DNA from: an uncultured Mitsuokella sp.
Lineage (GTDB): Bacteria > Bacillota > Negativicutes > Selenomonadales > Selenomonadaceae
Assembly: GCA_945877355.1 (NCBI GenBank)
Contig: CAMCRT010000002.1
Coordinates: forward strand, 3,084-67,083
Length of the DNA stretch: 64,000 nucleotides
Direction of reading: 5' to 3'
Shown here: positions 25,144 through 35,080 of the stretch, one piece after another
Position numbering within the stretch: the first letter of the stretch is position 1
Layout of the letters: each line of letters begins with the position of its first letter
Notes under the pieces: model-generated
Told to the model about the DNA's origin: nothing
Database searches by the model: none
The model's input: only the letters and a program-made list of their open reading frames with translations
Program-made: the position numbers and the translations under genes

Positions 25144-26103
25144 ATGAACCGAATACGTGCTATTCTTCTGGCAGCATTCTGCATCCTTTCCCTGCTGGCC
25201 CTGGCGGGGTGTGGCACCACTACGAAAGAGAGCGCGGCAGGGGACGGCGGCTTTGCCTCCTTTACGGACGCGGCAGGCCGCGAGGTGCACCTCGAGAAAA
25301 AGCCGGAGCGCATCGCCGTGACCTCCGCTTCCTTCCTGGAGCCCCTCCACGAGGTGGGAGGCGACGTGGTGGGCCGCCCGGACTCGCCCACTAATATGCC
25401 GGACTGGGCAAAGGACAAGGCCAGCGTCGGCAAGGTCTACCAGATCGACGTGGAAAAGCTCCTCGCCACAAAGCCCGACCTCGTCCTCATCAACAAGGGC
25501 ATGAACGAAAAGCTCATCGACACACTGGAGGCAAATGGCATCCAGTCCGTCGTCCTCGACATGAAGAGCTACGACGACGTGAAGAACGAGGTCCGCACCA
25601 TGGCCAAAATAACGGGGGAGACGGAGAAGGGCGAAAATCTCATATCTTCCATGGACAGCAAGATTGACAAGATAAAAGCGGAGCTTCCGAAGGACAAGCA
25701 GCGCATCTTTATCATCCACTCCACGAATCAGGGCCTCACGGTGCAGCTATCGGGCAGCATCGCTGGCTGCGTGGCGAACATCCTGGGCTGGGACAACCTC
25801 GCCGGCGACATGACCCCTCTGGAGAAAAACCCGGATGCAGCACCCTACAGTCTCGAGACCCTCGTGGAGAAGAACCCGGACGTGATCTTCATCACCAGCA
25901 TGGGAAAGATCGAGGAAATCAAGGCCAGCATGGAAAAGCAGATGGCGGAGAACCCGGCCTGGCAGAGCGTCAATGCCGTGAAGAACCACCGGGTCTACTA
26001 TCTCCCGCAGGACCTGTTTCTCCTGAGCCCCGGCATCCACTATCCGGAGGCGGTGGAGACCATGGCAAAGTGCCTCTATCCGCAGCTCGGCTACGGGAAA
26101 TGA
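25144..26103 (+). CDS. ABC transporter periplasmic binding lipoprotein (siderophore/cobalamin-type cluster)
   Basis: Signal peptide with lipobox LLALAGCG and a PBP fold (RIAVTSASFLE..., PDLVLIN..., NPDVIFITSM). No permease or ATPase gene is adjacent. Confidence 0.75.
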   Translation: MNRIRAILLAAFCILSLLALAGCGTTTKESAAGDGGFASFTDAAGREVHLEKKPERIAVTSASFLEPLHEVGGDVVGRPDSPTNMPDWAKDKASVGKVYQIDVEKLLATKPDLVLINKGMNEKLIDTLEANGIQSVVLDMKSYDDVKNEVRTMAKITGETEKGENLISSMDSKIDKIKAELPKDKQRIFIIHSTNQGLTVQLSGSIAGCVANILGWDNLAGDMTPLEKNPDAAPYSLETLVEKNPDVIFITSMGKIEEIKASMEKQMAENPAWQSVNAVKNHRVYYLPQDLFLLSPGIHYPEAVETMAKCLYPQLGYGK

Positions 26104-26114
26104 AAGAAAGCATT

Positions 26115-26143
26115 TGAATTCTCCTCTGCCCTGTGGTACAATA
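26115..26143 (+). promoter_or_regulatory. Promoter of the ileS leader
   Basis: TTGAAT (26115-26120), a 17-nt spacer ending in TG, then TACAAT (26138-26143), giving an extended -10. Confidence 0.55.
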
Positions 26144-26149
26144 GTACGC

Positions 26150-26403
26150 GAAATGCAATGATGGAGACCGCAGGCGGCGAGAAGGCGATAGCGAGCTGGG
26201 GAGGGTGGAAGCCCGGCAGGCTGGACGCAGCTGAGCAATATGCGTGCCATCTCTCCTGAGCAGCGGGCCGAAGCCAATGGGTGTGTAAGCCTCGCCGGTG
26301 CTCCCCGTTATGGAGGCGCGCATGCTGGTGCGTCGGCTAAAATAGGTGGTTTTCTGTAGGTTTTTCAGCCTGCATCCTGTTTGGATGCAGGCTTTTGTGT
26401 TTC
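26150..26403 (+). promoter_or_regulatory. T-box-type leader (Ile) with intrinsic terminator upstream of ileS
   Basis: Elements present: a GA/K-turn-like AUGAUGGAGA near the 5' end, a GGUGGAAG element, a candidate specifier AUC (26249-26251), an F-box CCGUUA (26305-26310), a partial T-box AAUAGGUGGU (26341-26350), and a terminator (stem 26367-26377/26383-26393 plus T-run). The terminator's 5' arm can alternatively pair with GGCUAAAA (26335-26342). Confidence 0.55.
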
Positions 26404-26417
26404 TAGGAGGAATCGTT

Positions 26418-29400
26418 TTGTACAGCAAGGTAGATACGAATCTGAACTTCGTCGACCGCGAGAAGGAAGTCCTCTCGTTTTGGAAAAAGGAGCATATCGC
26501 CCAGAAGGCCGTGGATCAGCGGAAGGGCTGTGATACCTTCACGTTCTACGACGGGCCGCCGACGGCAAACGGCAAGCCCCATATTGGCCACGTGCTGACC
26601 CGCGTCATCAAGGACATGCTGCCCCGCTACCAGTCCATGAAGGGCAAGGACGTGCTCCGCAAGGCCGGCTGGGATACCCACGGCCTTCCCGTGGAGCTGG
26701 AGGTGGAGAAGGCCATCGGCATCAATGGCAAGGAGCAGATCGAGAAGTACGGCATCGAGCCCTTCATCAAGAAGTGCCGGGAGTCCGTCTGGAAGTACAA
26801 GGGCATGTGGGAGGAGTTCTCCGACGTGGTGGGCTTCTGGGCCGACATGGAGCACCCCTACATCACCTACGAAAACGACTTCATCGAGTCCGAGTGGTGG
26901 GCCCTGAAGGAAATCTGGGATAAGGGGCTCCTCTACAAGGGCTACAAGGTCGTTCCCTACTGCCCCCGTTGCGGCACGCCGCTCTCCTCCCACGAGGTGG
27001 CCCAGGGCTACAAGGACGTGACGGAGCGCTCCGCCATGGTGAAGTTCAAGGTGAAGGGGGAGGACGCCTACTTCCTGGCCTGGACGACGACACCCTGGAC
27101 GCTGCCCTCGAACCTGGCTCTCTGCGTCAATCCGAAGGTGGACTACGTAAAGCTCCGGGTGGACGGCACGGTCTACTATCTCGCCGATGCCCTCGTCGAT
27201 AGCGTCTTTGAGGGCGTCGAGGGCGTCCGGGAGGTGCTGGGCCGCTGCAAGGGCAAGGATCTGGAGTATCGGGAGTACGAGCCCCTTTTCCCCTATGCGG
27301 TGGACAAGCTCAAGGGCAAGAAGGCCTATATCGTCACTTGCGACGACTACGTCACCACAGAGGAAGGCACGGGCATCGTCCACATGGCGCCGGCCTACGG
27401 CGAGGATGATAACCGGGTCTGCACCCGCTACGACATCGCCTTTGTAAACTTTGTCAACAGCCGGGGAGAGCTCACGGATGACACGGACTGGCCGGGCGTC
27501 TTCGTCAAGAAGGCGGATCCGATGATCCTCGACCGCCTGGAGAAGGACGGCAAGCTCTTCAAGGCACCGGAGTTCACCCATAGCTATCCCCACTGCTGGC
27601 GCTGTGACACGCCGCTCCTCTACTACGCCCGGGAGTCCTGGTTCGTCAAGATGACGGCGGTGAAGGACGAGCTGGTGGCGAATAACAACACGGTCAACTG
27701 GATCCCGAAGTCCATCGGCGAGGGCCGCTTCGGCAACTGGCTGGAGCACGTGCAGGACTGGGGCATCAGCCGCAATCGCTACTGGGGCACGCCGCTTAAC
27801 ATCTGGGAGTGCGACGACCCCCACTGCGGCCATCAGCATGCCATCGGCTCCATCGAGGAGCTGAAGTCCATGAGCGACGACTGCCCGGAGGACATCGAGC
27901 TCCATCGCCCCTACATCGACAAGGTCACGGTGAAGTGCCCCAAGTGCGGCGGTAAGATGCACCGGGTCTCGGAGGTCATCGACTGCTGGTTCGACTCCGG
28001 CTCCATGCCCTTCGCCCAGTGGCACTATCCGTTTGAAAACAAGGACATCTTCGAGAAGCGCTTCCCGGCGGACTTCATCTCCGAGGCGGTGGACCAGACC
28101 CGCGGCTGGTTCTACTCCCTCATCGCCATCTCCACGCTCCTCTTCCATCGGGCACCCTACAAGAATGTCATCGTCCTGGGCCACGTGCAGGACAAGGACG
28201 GCCGCAAGATGAGCAAGTCAAAGGGCAATGCCGTCGACCCCATGGAGGCCCTGACGAAGCATGGCGCCGACGCCATCCGCTGGTACTTCTACGAGAACAG
28301 CGCACCCTGGCTGCCGAACCGCTTCCACGATGACGCGGTGCAGGAGGGCGCCCGGAAGTTCATGGGAACCCTGTGGAATACGTATGCCTTCTTCGTGCTC
28401 TACGCCAATATCGACAACTTTGACGCCACGAAGTACACTTTGGACTACGAAAAGCTCCCGGTCATGGACAAGTGGTGCCTGTCCCGCCTCGAGACCATGG
28501 TGAAGGCCGTGGATACAAACCTGACGAACTACCGGGTGACGGAGGCGGCAAAGGCGCTCCAGACCTTTGTGGACGAGCTCTCCAACTGGTACGTCCGCCG
28601 CAGCCGCTCCCGGTTCTGGGCGAAAGGCATGGAGGAGGACAAGGTCAATGCCTACATGACCCTCTACACGGCCCTCGTCACCACGGCAAAGGCCGCGGCT
28701 CCCATGGTGCCCTTCATCACCGAGTCCATCTATCGTAACCTCGTCTGCTCCATCGACAAGAACGCGCCGGAGTCCGTCCATCTCACGGACTTCCCGAAGG
28801 TCCACGAGGACTGGATCGACAGCGAGCTGGAGGAGAACATGGGCGAGGTCCTTGACATCGTCGTTCTGGGCCGCGCAGCCCGTAACGAGGCGAATATCAA
28901 GAACCGCCAGCCCGTGGGCCAGATGTTCGTCAAGGCGCCGAAGGTGCTGCCGGACTTCTACCGGGAGATCGTGGAGGAAGAGCTCAACGTCAAGCATGTG
29001 GTCTTCAAGGATGACATGGAAGAGTACGTGACCTACCAGGTGAAGCCCGAGTTCCGCGTGCTGGGCCCGAAGGTCGGCAAGAAGATGGGCGCTGTCCAGA
29101 AGGCACTGAAGGCCATGAAGGGCCACGAGGCGAAGGAAGCCCTCGAAAAGACGGGCGAACTCAAGCTTTCCCTGCCGGACGGCGAGGTGGTCCTCACGAA
29201 GGAGGACGTGGATATCGTCATGAGCCAGGCGGAGGGCTATGCCTGCCAGCGCTACGGCGAGGTGACCATCGCCTTGGAGACGACCCTTTCCCCCGAGCTC
29301 ATCGAGGAGGGCTTCGTCCGGGAGATCATCAGCAAGGTCCAGACCATGCGCAAGGAAAACGGCTTCGAGGTCACCGACCACATCCAGCTTGCCCTGAAGG

Positions 29401-29549
29401 GCTGCGAAAAGCTGGAGTCCATCGTCAAGAAGAACGAGGACTTCGTCAAGAGCGTGACTCTCTCGGACAGCATCGCCTATGACAAGGCGGAGGGCTGTGA
29501 GAAGGAATGGAATATCAACGGCGAGACGGTGACTCTTTCCATCAAGTGA
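26418..29549 (+). CDS. ileS: Isoleucine--tRNA ligase (type 2)
   Basis: HIGH motif (PHIGHVLT), KMSKS motif (KMSKSKGN) and a CP1 editing domain are present. TTG start at 26418 lies 7 nt after AGGAGG; the track start at 26346 lies inside the leader terminator. Confidence 0.93.
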   Translation: MYSKVDTNLNFVDREKEVLSFWKKEHIAQKAVDQRKGCDTFTFYDGPPTANGKPHIGHVLTRVIKDMLPRYQSMKGKDVLRKAGWDTHGLPVELEVEKAIGINGKEQIEKYGIEPFIKKCRESVWKYKGMWEEFSDVVGFWADMEHPYITYENDFIESEWWALKEIWDKGLLYKGYKVVPYCPRCGTPLSSHEVAQGYKDVTERSAMVKFKVKGEDAYFLAWTTTPWTLPSNLALCVNPKVDYVKLRVDGTVYYLADALVDSVFEGVEGVREVLGRCKGKDLEYREYEPLFPYAVDKLKGKKAYIVTCDDYVTTEEGTGIVHMAPAYGEDDNRVCTRYDIAFVNFVNSRGELTDDTDWPGVFVKKADPMILDRLEKDGKLFKAPEFTHSYPHCWRCDTPLLYYARESWFVKMTAVKDELVANNNTVNWIPKSIGEGRFGNWLEHVQDWGISRNRYWGTPLNIWECDDPHCGHQHAIGSIEELKSMSDDCPEDIELHRPYIDKVTVKCPKCGGKMHRVSEVIDCWFDSGSMPFAQWHYPFENKDIFEKRFPADFISEAVDQTRGWFYSLIAISTLLFHRAPYKNVIVLGHVQDKDGRKMSKSKGNAVDPMEALTKHGADAIRWYFYENSAPWLPNRFHDDAVQEGARKFMGTLWNTYAFFVLYANIDNFDATKYTLDYEKLPVMDKWCLSRLETMVKAVDTNLTNYRVTEAAKALQTFVDELSNWYVRRSRSRFWAKGMEEDKVNAYMTLYTALVTTAKAAAPMVPFITESIYRNLVCSIDKNAPESVHLTDFPKVHEDWIDSELEENMGEVLDIVVLGRAARNEANIKNRQPVGQMFVKAPKVLPDFYREIVEEELNVKHVVFKDDMEEYVTYQVKPEFRVLGPKVGKKMGAVQKALKAMKGHEAKEALEKTGELKLSLPDGEVVLTKEDVDIVMSQAEGYACQRYGEVTIALETTLSPELIEEGFVREIISKVQTMRKENGFEVTDHIQLALKGCEKLESIVKKNEDFVKSVTLSDSIAYDKAEGCEKEWNINGETVTLSIK

Positions 29550-29649
29550 AAATGCCTGTGACCAAAGCACGGAGTGCCTCCGAAATGTGGCGTATACTAA
29601 TCCCATACGTCTCTCGGGGGCGCATGCTTTGCGCGTTAGGAGGTGTCTA

Positions 29650-29991
29650 GTGGAAGACGCAAGGGAAGCGGTGCACACCCATACCCATGTGCAGCCGGAT
29701 GGCACGGTGGTGACCCACAGCCATACCCACACCCATACCCAGACAAAAGCAGTCCTCAATCGCATGGCGCGCCTCATCGGACATCTGGAGTCCATAAAGC
29801 GCATGATCGAAAACGGCCGGGACTGCAGCGAGGTGCTCGTGCAGCTCGCCGCCGTGGACAGCGCCATAAAGGGCGTGAGCCGCGTCATCTTGAAGGATCA
29901 TCTGGAGCACTGCATCATCGACGCGGTGCAGGATGGGGACAAGGACGCACTGGAGCAGGTACGTCATGCCATTGATCAATTTATGAAATAA
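29650..29991 (+). CDS. CsoR/RcnR-family metal-sensing repressor with a His/Thr-rich N-terminal extension
   Basis: The core LNRMARLIGHLESIKRMIENGRDCSEVLVQLAAV...HLEHCI gives a C-H-C ligand pattern. The N-terminus is HTHTHVQPDGTVVTHSHTHTHTQ. GTG at 29650 lies 6 nt after AGGAGG. Confidence 0.8.
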   Translation: MEDAREAVHTHTHVQPDGTVVTHSHTHTHTQTKAVLNRMARLIGHLESIKRMIENGRDCSEVLVQLAAVDSAIKGVSRVILKDHLEHCIIDAVQDGDKDALEQVRHAIDQFMK

Positions 29992-30072
29992 TGTGTAAGG
30001 AATACGCCGGGACGGAGGCCTTTGTCTTCGCCTCTGGCTTTTTTGAAAATCCTCTTGGGAGGGGAAAAGCCT

Positions 30073-30588
30073 ATGCCACAGAATAAAATCGTCATCAGCG
30101 AGGTCATGATGCCGAGCCAGGCGAACCCGAATGGGAACGTCCACGGCGGCGAAATCATGAAGATCATGGACTCGGCCGCCTACGCCGCAGCCCGGAAGTA
30201 CGCCAGGTCGAATGTCGTCACGGCCCGGGTCGATGAGCTGGAGTTCCACATGCCCATCCTCATCGGCGATCTCGTGACCTGCACGGCGGAGATCGTCTTC
30301 GTGGGCCACAGCTCCATGGAGGTGGCCGTCAACGTGGAGGTGGAGGACCTGGATGAGGAGGGCCGCCCCCAGCGGGCGCTATCCGCCTACTTCACCATGG
30401 TCGCCCTCGACCGCAACTCCCGTCCGAAGTCCGTGCCGCCCCTCATCCTCGATACCGAGGAGGCCCGCACCGCCTTCGAGGAGGGTCGCCTGCGCTACGA
30501 GGCCCACAAGGAGCGCAAAAAGCAACAGCGCGAGGTGGAAAAGCGCCGCGCCGACGCCAAAAAGACGCTTCGGGAGCCGGAAAACTGA
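30073..30588 (+). CDS. Acyl-CoA thioesterase (hotdog fold, YciA-like)
   Basis: MPSQANPNGNVHGGEIMKIMDSAAYAAA... is a typical hotdog thioesterase motif. The C-terminal tail is basic. Confidence 0.8.
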   Translation: MPQNKIVISEVMMPSQANPNGNVHGGEIMKIMDSAAYAAARKYARSNVVTARVDELEFHMPILIGDLVTCTAEIVFVGHSSMEVAVNVEVEDLDEEGRPQRALSAYFTMVALDRNSRPKSVPPLILDTEEARTAFEEGRLRYEAHKERKKQQREVEKRRADAKKTLREPEN

Positions 30589-30596
30589 ACAAATGA

Positions 30597-30652
30597 AAAA
30601 GCGGACTGTCGCTTCAAGGGAAAATTTCCTTTGAGCGGCAGTCCGCTTTCGT
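30597..30652 (+). terminator. Long hairpin terminator after the thioesterase gene
   Basis: About 19 bp of imperfect stem 30601-30620/30628-30646, followed by TTTCGTATCTT. Confidence 0.65.
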
Positions 30653-30818
30653 ATCTTCATGTGGAATAATGGATTCTCTTGTAAATATACGGATATACGA
30701 AGGCTGGGTGGGAAGTTCGCTGTGCAGGAGGAAAGTTTCGAGGAGGGTGCCAGATTTCTGATTTGGATGGGGAAATATGGTATACTGGTTTCAAAGAATG
30801 TGTTAGGAGGCGGTGCAC

Positions 30819-32006
30819 ATGCGGTTTATTCATACGGCGGATTGGCATTTGGGAAAGCTCTTTGGGCAGCGGACCTTGACGGAGGATCAGGCCTTTGTGC
30901 TGGATCAGCTGGTGGCGGCGGTGGAGGAATACTCGGTGGAGGCTGTCGTCATCGCGGGGGACATCTATGACAGGAGCGTGCCGCCGGCGGAGGCGGTGGA
31001 GCTCTTCAGCAGCCTGCTCTCTCGCATTCGCGGGGCAGGGGCCAGTGTGCTCTTTATCGCGGGGAACCACGACAGCGGGCGGCGCCTTGCCTTTGGGGAG
31101 GGGGTGCTCGATGAGGCGGGGGTCTACGTGCGGGGGCGGCTTTCGGAGGATTTGTCGCCCGTCATCCTCACGAGTAAGACGGGGCCCGTGGCCTTTTCCC
31201 TTATTCCCTACTTTGACCCCTATGACGTGCGGGAGGTCTTTGGGATAGAGGAGCGACTGAGCTTTGACGACGCGGCGGAAATCGTGCTGACGAAGGCCCG
31301 GGCAGCCCTTCCCTCTGGGGTGCCCAGCGTCGCCGTGGCCCATGCGTTTCTTGCGGGGGGCGAAAAGACGGAGTCGATGCGGGCACTCTCCGTGGGTGGC
31401 AGCGATCAGATTTCCTACAGCCACTTTACGGGGTACGACTACACGGCCCTCGGCCATCTCCACGGGCCCTGGCGGGCGGGGAGCGATGTGATCCGCTACA
31501 GCGGCTCGCCCCTTTGCTATTCCTTCGATGAAGTCAAGCAGAAGAAGGGTTTTCTTCTGGTGGATATGGATGGGGCGGGTCATGTGAAGATGGAGTTTCA
31601 TCCGCTCACGCCCCGCCATGCCGTCCGCATCGTGGAGGGGACGCTGGAGGAGCTCCGGGCGGGAAAGGACCCGCTGCCTAAGGACGACTACTGCCTTATC
31701 CGCCTCCTCGACGAGGACAGACCCCTCGGTGCGAGGGAGAAGCTCCAGAAGGTTTATGACCATATCTTTGGCTTTGAGTTTCCGAATTTTGCGGCCCGGC
31801 AGGAGACAACCGAGGGAAGGCGCGAGGCGCGGGAGGGCGTGAGTGACGCGGCGCAGTTCGCCGACTTCTATCGGGAGATGAAGGGGGAGCCTATGACAGA
31901 GGAACAGAGCGCTTATCTTGCCGCCCTTCTTGAGGAGATGGCCCGAGAGGAGCGGACGGAGGCGTCTGCGGCAAGGACAAGCAGGGAACAGGAGGGGAAA
32001 GCATGA
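30819..32006 (+). CDS. sbcD: Exonuclease SbcD (Mre11-family nuclease)
   Basis: MRFIHTADWHLG, VVIAGDIYD, FIAGNHD and GHLH are calcineurin-like phosphoesterase motifs. ATG at 30819 lies 8 nt after TAGGAGG. Confidence 0.88.
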   Translation: MRFIHTADWHLGKLFGQRTLTEDQAFVLDQLVAAVEEYSVEAVVIAGDIYDRSVPPAEAVELFSSLLSRIRGAGASVLFIAGNHDSGRRLAFGEGVLDEAGVYVRGRLSEDLSPVILTSKTGPVAFSLIPYFDPYDVREVFGIEERLSFDDAAEIVLTKARAALPSGVPSVAVAHAFLAGGEKTESMRALSVGGSDQISYSHFTGYDYTALGHLHGPWRAGSDVIRYSGSPLCYSFDEVKQKKGFLLVDMDGAGHVKMEFHPLTPRHAVRIVEGTLEELRAGKDPLPKDDYCLIRLLDEDRPLGAREKLQKVYDHIFGFEFPNFAARQETTEGRREAREGVSDAAQFADFYREMKGEPMTEEQSAYLAALLEEMAREERTEASAARTSREQEGKA

Positions 32007-35000
32007 GACCGCTTCAGCTGCGTTTTTTTGGCATCGGCTCCTATGCGGGGAAGCAGGAGCTGGACTTTGAGCACGCCCTGCCGGAGGGGGGACTTTTCCT
32101 CATCCACGGGGACACGGGCGCCGGCAAGACGACGATCCTCGATGCCATCACCTTCGCCCTCTACGGGGAGGCCAGCGGGGAGGATCGCAAGAGTGGCAAG
32201 TCCTTCCGGGCGGATCTGGCGCCGGCAGGTGAGCCCACCTGGGCGGAGCTTGTATTTGCCCTGGGCAAGGAGAAGTATCGGATCTATCGCTCCATGGATC
32301 TCCGGGTGGAGGGGCGCAAGACGCCACTTCCCGGCAAGGCAGTCCTTTACCGCGTGACGGAGGACGGGGAAGAGGAGGTCGTCGAGAAGAAAAAGAGCCT
32401 CGTGACCCAGGCGGTCACGGATCGCATCGGCATCAACCACGAGCAGTTCTGCCAGATCGTGCTGCTTCCCCAGGGAGATTTCAAGACCTTCCTCGTGGCG
32501 AACTCCAAGGAGCGCAGCCTCATCCTCCAGAAGCTCTTTCGCACGGAGCGGTTCAGCCAGATAGAAGAGCGGCTGAAGGAGAGGGCGAGCACCCTCGAGA
32601 AAGAGGCAAAGGAGCTGCTGGCGAAGGAGAAGACACTCCTCGAGCAGGTGGACTGTGAGAGCAGGGAGGAGCTTGCAGCGCGCATCCGGGAGGGACAGGC
32701 GGAGGCAGAGGCACTCGCCCTTCGGGTCAGGGCGGCCCAGAAGGCAAGTGATGAGGCCCAGAAGGCCTATGCAGCGGGGCAGGAGATAGCAAAGCAGTTC
32801 GATACGCTGGCATTACGGGAAAAGGAGCTGGCAGAGAAGCAGGCAAAGATACCGACCCAGCAGAAATTCCAGAAGAAGCTGGCGGAGGCGAAAAAGGCAA
32901 TCCTTCCCATGGAGCGGGAAAAGCAGGCGAAGGAGCGGGAAAAGGAGGAGACGCTGCGCCAGCAGGAGACAAGGGCTGCCCGCACAGCTCAGGCTGCGGC
33001 CCAAGAGGCACAGACCCGGGCAAGGGCAGACCTCGCCCGGGAGGAGGCTCGGGAGCCGGAGCGGATAGGACTGCGGGAGGAAAAGACCCGGCTGGAGCAG
33101 CTTCGGACGACGGCCGAGGCCTATGGAAAGGCCCAGGAGGAGGCGGCCAAAAGCAAGGCTGCGCGTGATCGTACTGAGACGGAGGCCGCAGCTCTCGCGA
33201 AGAGGCTCGCGGAGGCGGAGGCTGCCGAAAAGGCCGGGGAGCAGAGGGAAGGAGAGCTCTCCGGGGCGCCGGAAAGCCTGCTGCGCCTCGAGGCGGCCCT
33301 CGAGAGCCTCCAGCAAAAGGCGAAGCAGGCGGAAAAAATCAAGGGCCTGCAGGAGGAATGCAAGAAGGCGGAAAAAGCCTGCCAAGAGAAAAGGGAGAGC
33401 GCCGAGGCGGCGGGAAAGACGGCCGAGGAGCTGGCCCAGCGCGCCGCGCGCCTCCGGGAGCTCTATCGCCTGAGCACCGCCTTTTCCCTGGCGGAGGGGC
33501 TCGAGGAGGGGGAGCCCTGCCCCGTCTGCGGCTCCACCCACCATCCAAGGCTCGCCGTGCGAGAGGAGCTCGTGCCGACCCGGGAGGAGCTGAAGCAGGC
33601 GGAGGGGGAGGCTGAAGCCCATCAGAGAGCAGCGGCAAAGGCCCAGGCGGAGGCTGTCAAGGCGGAGGGCACTCTCCAGTCCGCGAAGCGGCTTCTTGAC
33701 GACGCCACTGCCTCCTGGGAGCCGTCGGATTCCCTCGAGGCAGAGCACTGGGTAGCCTTGCAAAGGGAGACAAAGGCCCAGCGGGACGAGGCGAAGCGGG
33801 CTGCCGAGGAGCTTCGAGCCATTCAGGCGAAGCGGGCTGAGGCCCGGAGGGCGCGGGAGGCGCTCACGGCGGAGGCGGCGACAGCGCAGCAGGCTCTGCA
33901 GGAGGCGCGGGCTGCCGAGGGGGCGGCCCAGGGGCGGCTGGCGGAGATGGAGAAGAATCTGCCGGAGGACCTCCGGGCAGCTGGCGTGCTCGCCGAAAGG
34001 CTCGCAAAGGTCAAGGCAGCCCTTGCCACAGCCGAGGCACAGCTGAAAAAATGCCAGGAAGCCTCCCAGCAGGCGGAAAGGCTCTCCACCGAGAAGGCCG
34101 CCCAGCTGGAGCGGGCCGAGGCGGAGCAGAAGGCGGCAGAGCTGCGGGCGGTGGAAGCAGGAAAAGACTTCACCGAGTCCCTGGCGGCCTCGGGCCTCTC
34201 CCGGGAGGCCTATGAGGCGATTGCGACGGATCCCCAGTGGAGCACCAGCGCCCATCGCGAACGGGTCGAAAAGCGCATCCGGGAGTTTGACGAAGAGCTG
34301 GCGGCGCTGGAGCGGTCTGCAAAGGACGCCCGGGAGGCGGTCGCGGGGAAGGCCCAGCCGGATCTCGATGCCCAAAGGGAGGCGGCGGAGGCGGCCGGGG
34401 CGGCGCTCCTCTCTGTCTCTGCAGAGAAATCCCGGGTGGAGACAGTCATCAAGCAGCAGAGGGCCATCGAAGGGCAGCTGGCGAAGAATCAGGCGGCCCA
34501 CGAAGCCCTCGACAGGGAGTACCGCCTGGCCTCGAGCCTCGCCACCGTGGCGGTGGGCACCATCGGCATGCACTTCCAGACCTATGTCCAGCGGGCCATC
34601 TTCTACGATGTCATGGACGCGGCGAACCGCCGCCTCTCGGTCATGAGCCGCCAGCGGTTCCAGCTGGTCATGGGGGATACGGGTCAGGATGGCGGCCGGG
34701 GCTGGGAGGGCCTGGAGCTAGCCGTCCTCGACGCGGATACGGGAAAAGCCCGAAGCGTCCGCTCCCTCTCCGGCGGCGAGGGCTTCCTGGCATCCCTGTC
34801 CCTTGCACTGGGGCTCTCCGACGTGGTGCAGGAGCACGCGGGCGGCGTTCGCCTCGACACCATGTTCATCGACGAGGGCTTCGGCTCCCTCAGCGCACAG
34901 GTGCTGGACACGGCCCTCGATGCCCTGACCCAGCTCCAGCAGGAGGGGGATCGCCTCGTGGGCATCATCTCCCATGTGACGGAGCTGGAGACCCGCATCC

Positions 35001-35074
35001 CTGCCCGCCTGGAGGTCACCCGCACCGAGACCGGCAGCCATGCCCGCTTTGAAATGGGGATACTGGAAAACTAA
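32003..35074 (+). CDS. sbcC: Exonuclease SbcC (Rad50-like ABC ATPase)
   Basis: Walker A GDTGAGKTT, a long A/E/K-rich coiled coil, a zinc hook CPVCGS, the signature LSGGE and Walker B MFIDEGFG. ATGA overlap with sbcD. Confidence 0.88.
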   Translation: MRPLQLRFFGIGSYAGKQELDFEHALPEGGLFLIHGDTGAGKTTILDAITFALYGEASGEDRKSGKSFRADLAPAGEPTWAELVFALGKEKYRIYRSMDLRVEGRKTPLPGKAVLYRVTEDGEEEVVEKKKSLVTQAVTDRIGINHEQFCQIVLLPQGDFKTFLVANSKERSLILQKLFRTERFSQIEERLKERASTLEKEAKELLAKEKTLLEQVDCESREELAARIREGQAEAEALALRVRAAQKASDEAQKAYAAGQEIAKQFDTLALREKELAEKQAKIPTQQKFQKKLAEAKKAILPMEREKQAKEREKEETLRQQETRAARTAQAAAQEAQTRARADLAREEAREPERIGLREEKTRLEQLRTTAEAYGKAQEEAAKSKAARDRTETEAAALAKRLAEAEAAEKAGEQREGELSGAPESLLRLEAALESLQQKAKQAEKIKGLQEECKKAEKACQEKRESAEAAGKTAEELAQRAARLRELYRLSTAFSLAEGLEEGEPCPVCGSTHHPRLAVREELVPTREELKQAEGEAEAHQRAAAKAQAEAVKAEGTLQSAKRLLDDATASWEPSDSLEAEHWVALQRETKAQRDEAKRAAEELRAIQAKRAEARRAREALTAEAATAQQALQEARAAEGAAQGRLAEMEKNLPEDLRAAGVLAERLAKVKAALATAEAQLKKCQEASQQAERLSTEKAAQLERAEAEQKAAELRAVEAGKDFTESLAASGLSREAYEAIATDPQWSTSAHRERVEKRIREFDEELAALERSAKDAREAVAGKAQPDLDAQREAAEAAGAALLSVSAEKSRVETVIKQQRAIEGQLAKNQAAHEALDREYRLASSLATVAVGTIGMHFQTYVQRAIFYDVMDAANRRLSVMSRQRFQLVMGDTGQDGGRGWEGLELAVLDADTGKARSVRSLSGGEGFLASLSLALGLSDVVQEHAGGVRLDTMFIDEGFGSLSAQVLDTALDALTQLQQEGDRLVGIISHVTELETRIPARLEVTRTETGSHARFEMGILEN

Positions 35075-35080
35075 GACACG

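Noticed and set aside
29676-29744. The CAC/ACC/CAT-rich repeat looked like a microsatellite or short repeat array.
   Set aside because: It is in frame within the CsoR-family ORF and encodes the His/Thr tail. It has no spacer-repeat periodicity of CRISPR type. No CRISPR array was seen anywhere in the window.
32600-34500. An apparent repetitive GAG/GCG/AAG-rich tract in sbcC, and a similar one in smc at 61300-63700.
   Set aside because: This is compositional bias from the Ala/Glu/Lys/Arg-rich coiled-coil arms, not DNA repeats. The many overlapping ORFs in other frames are by-products.
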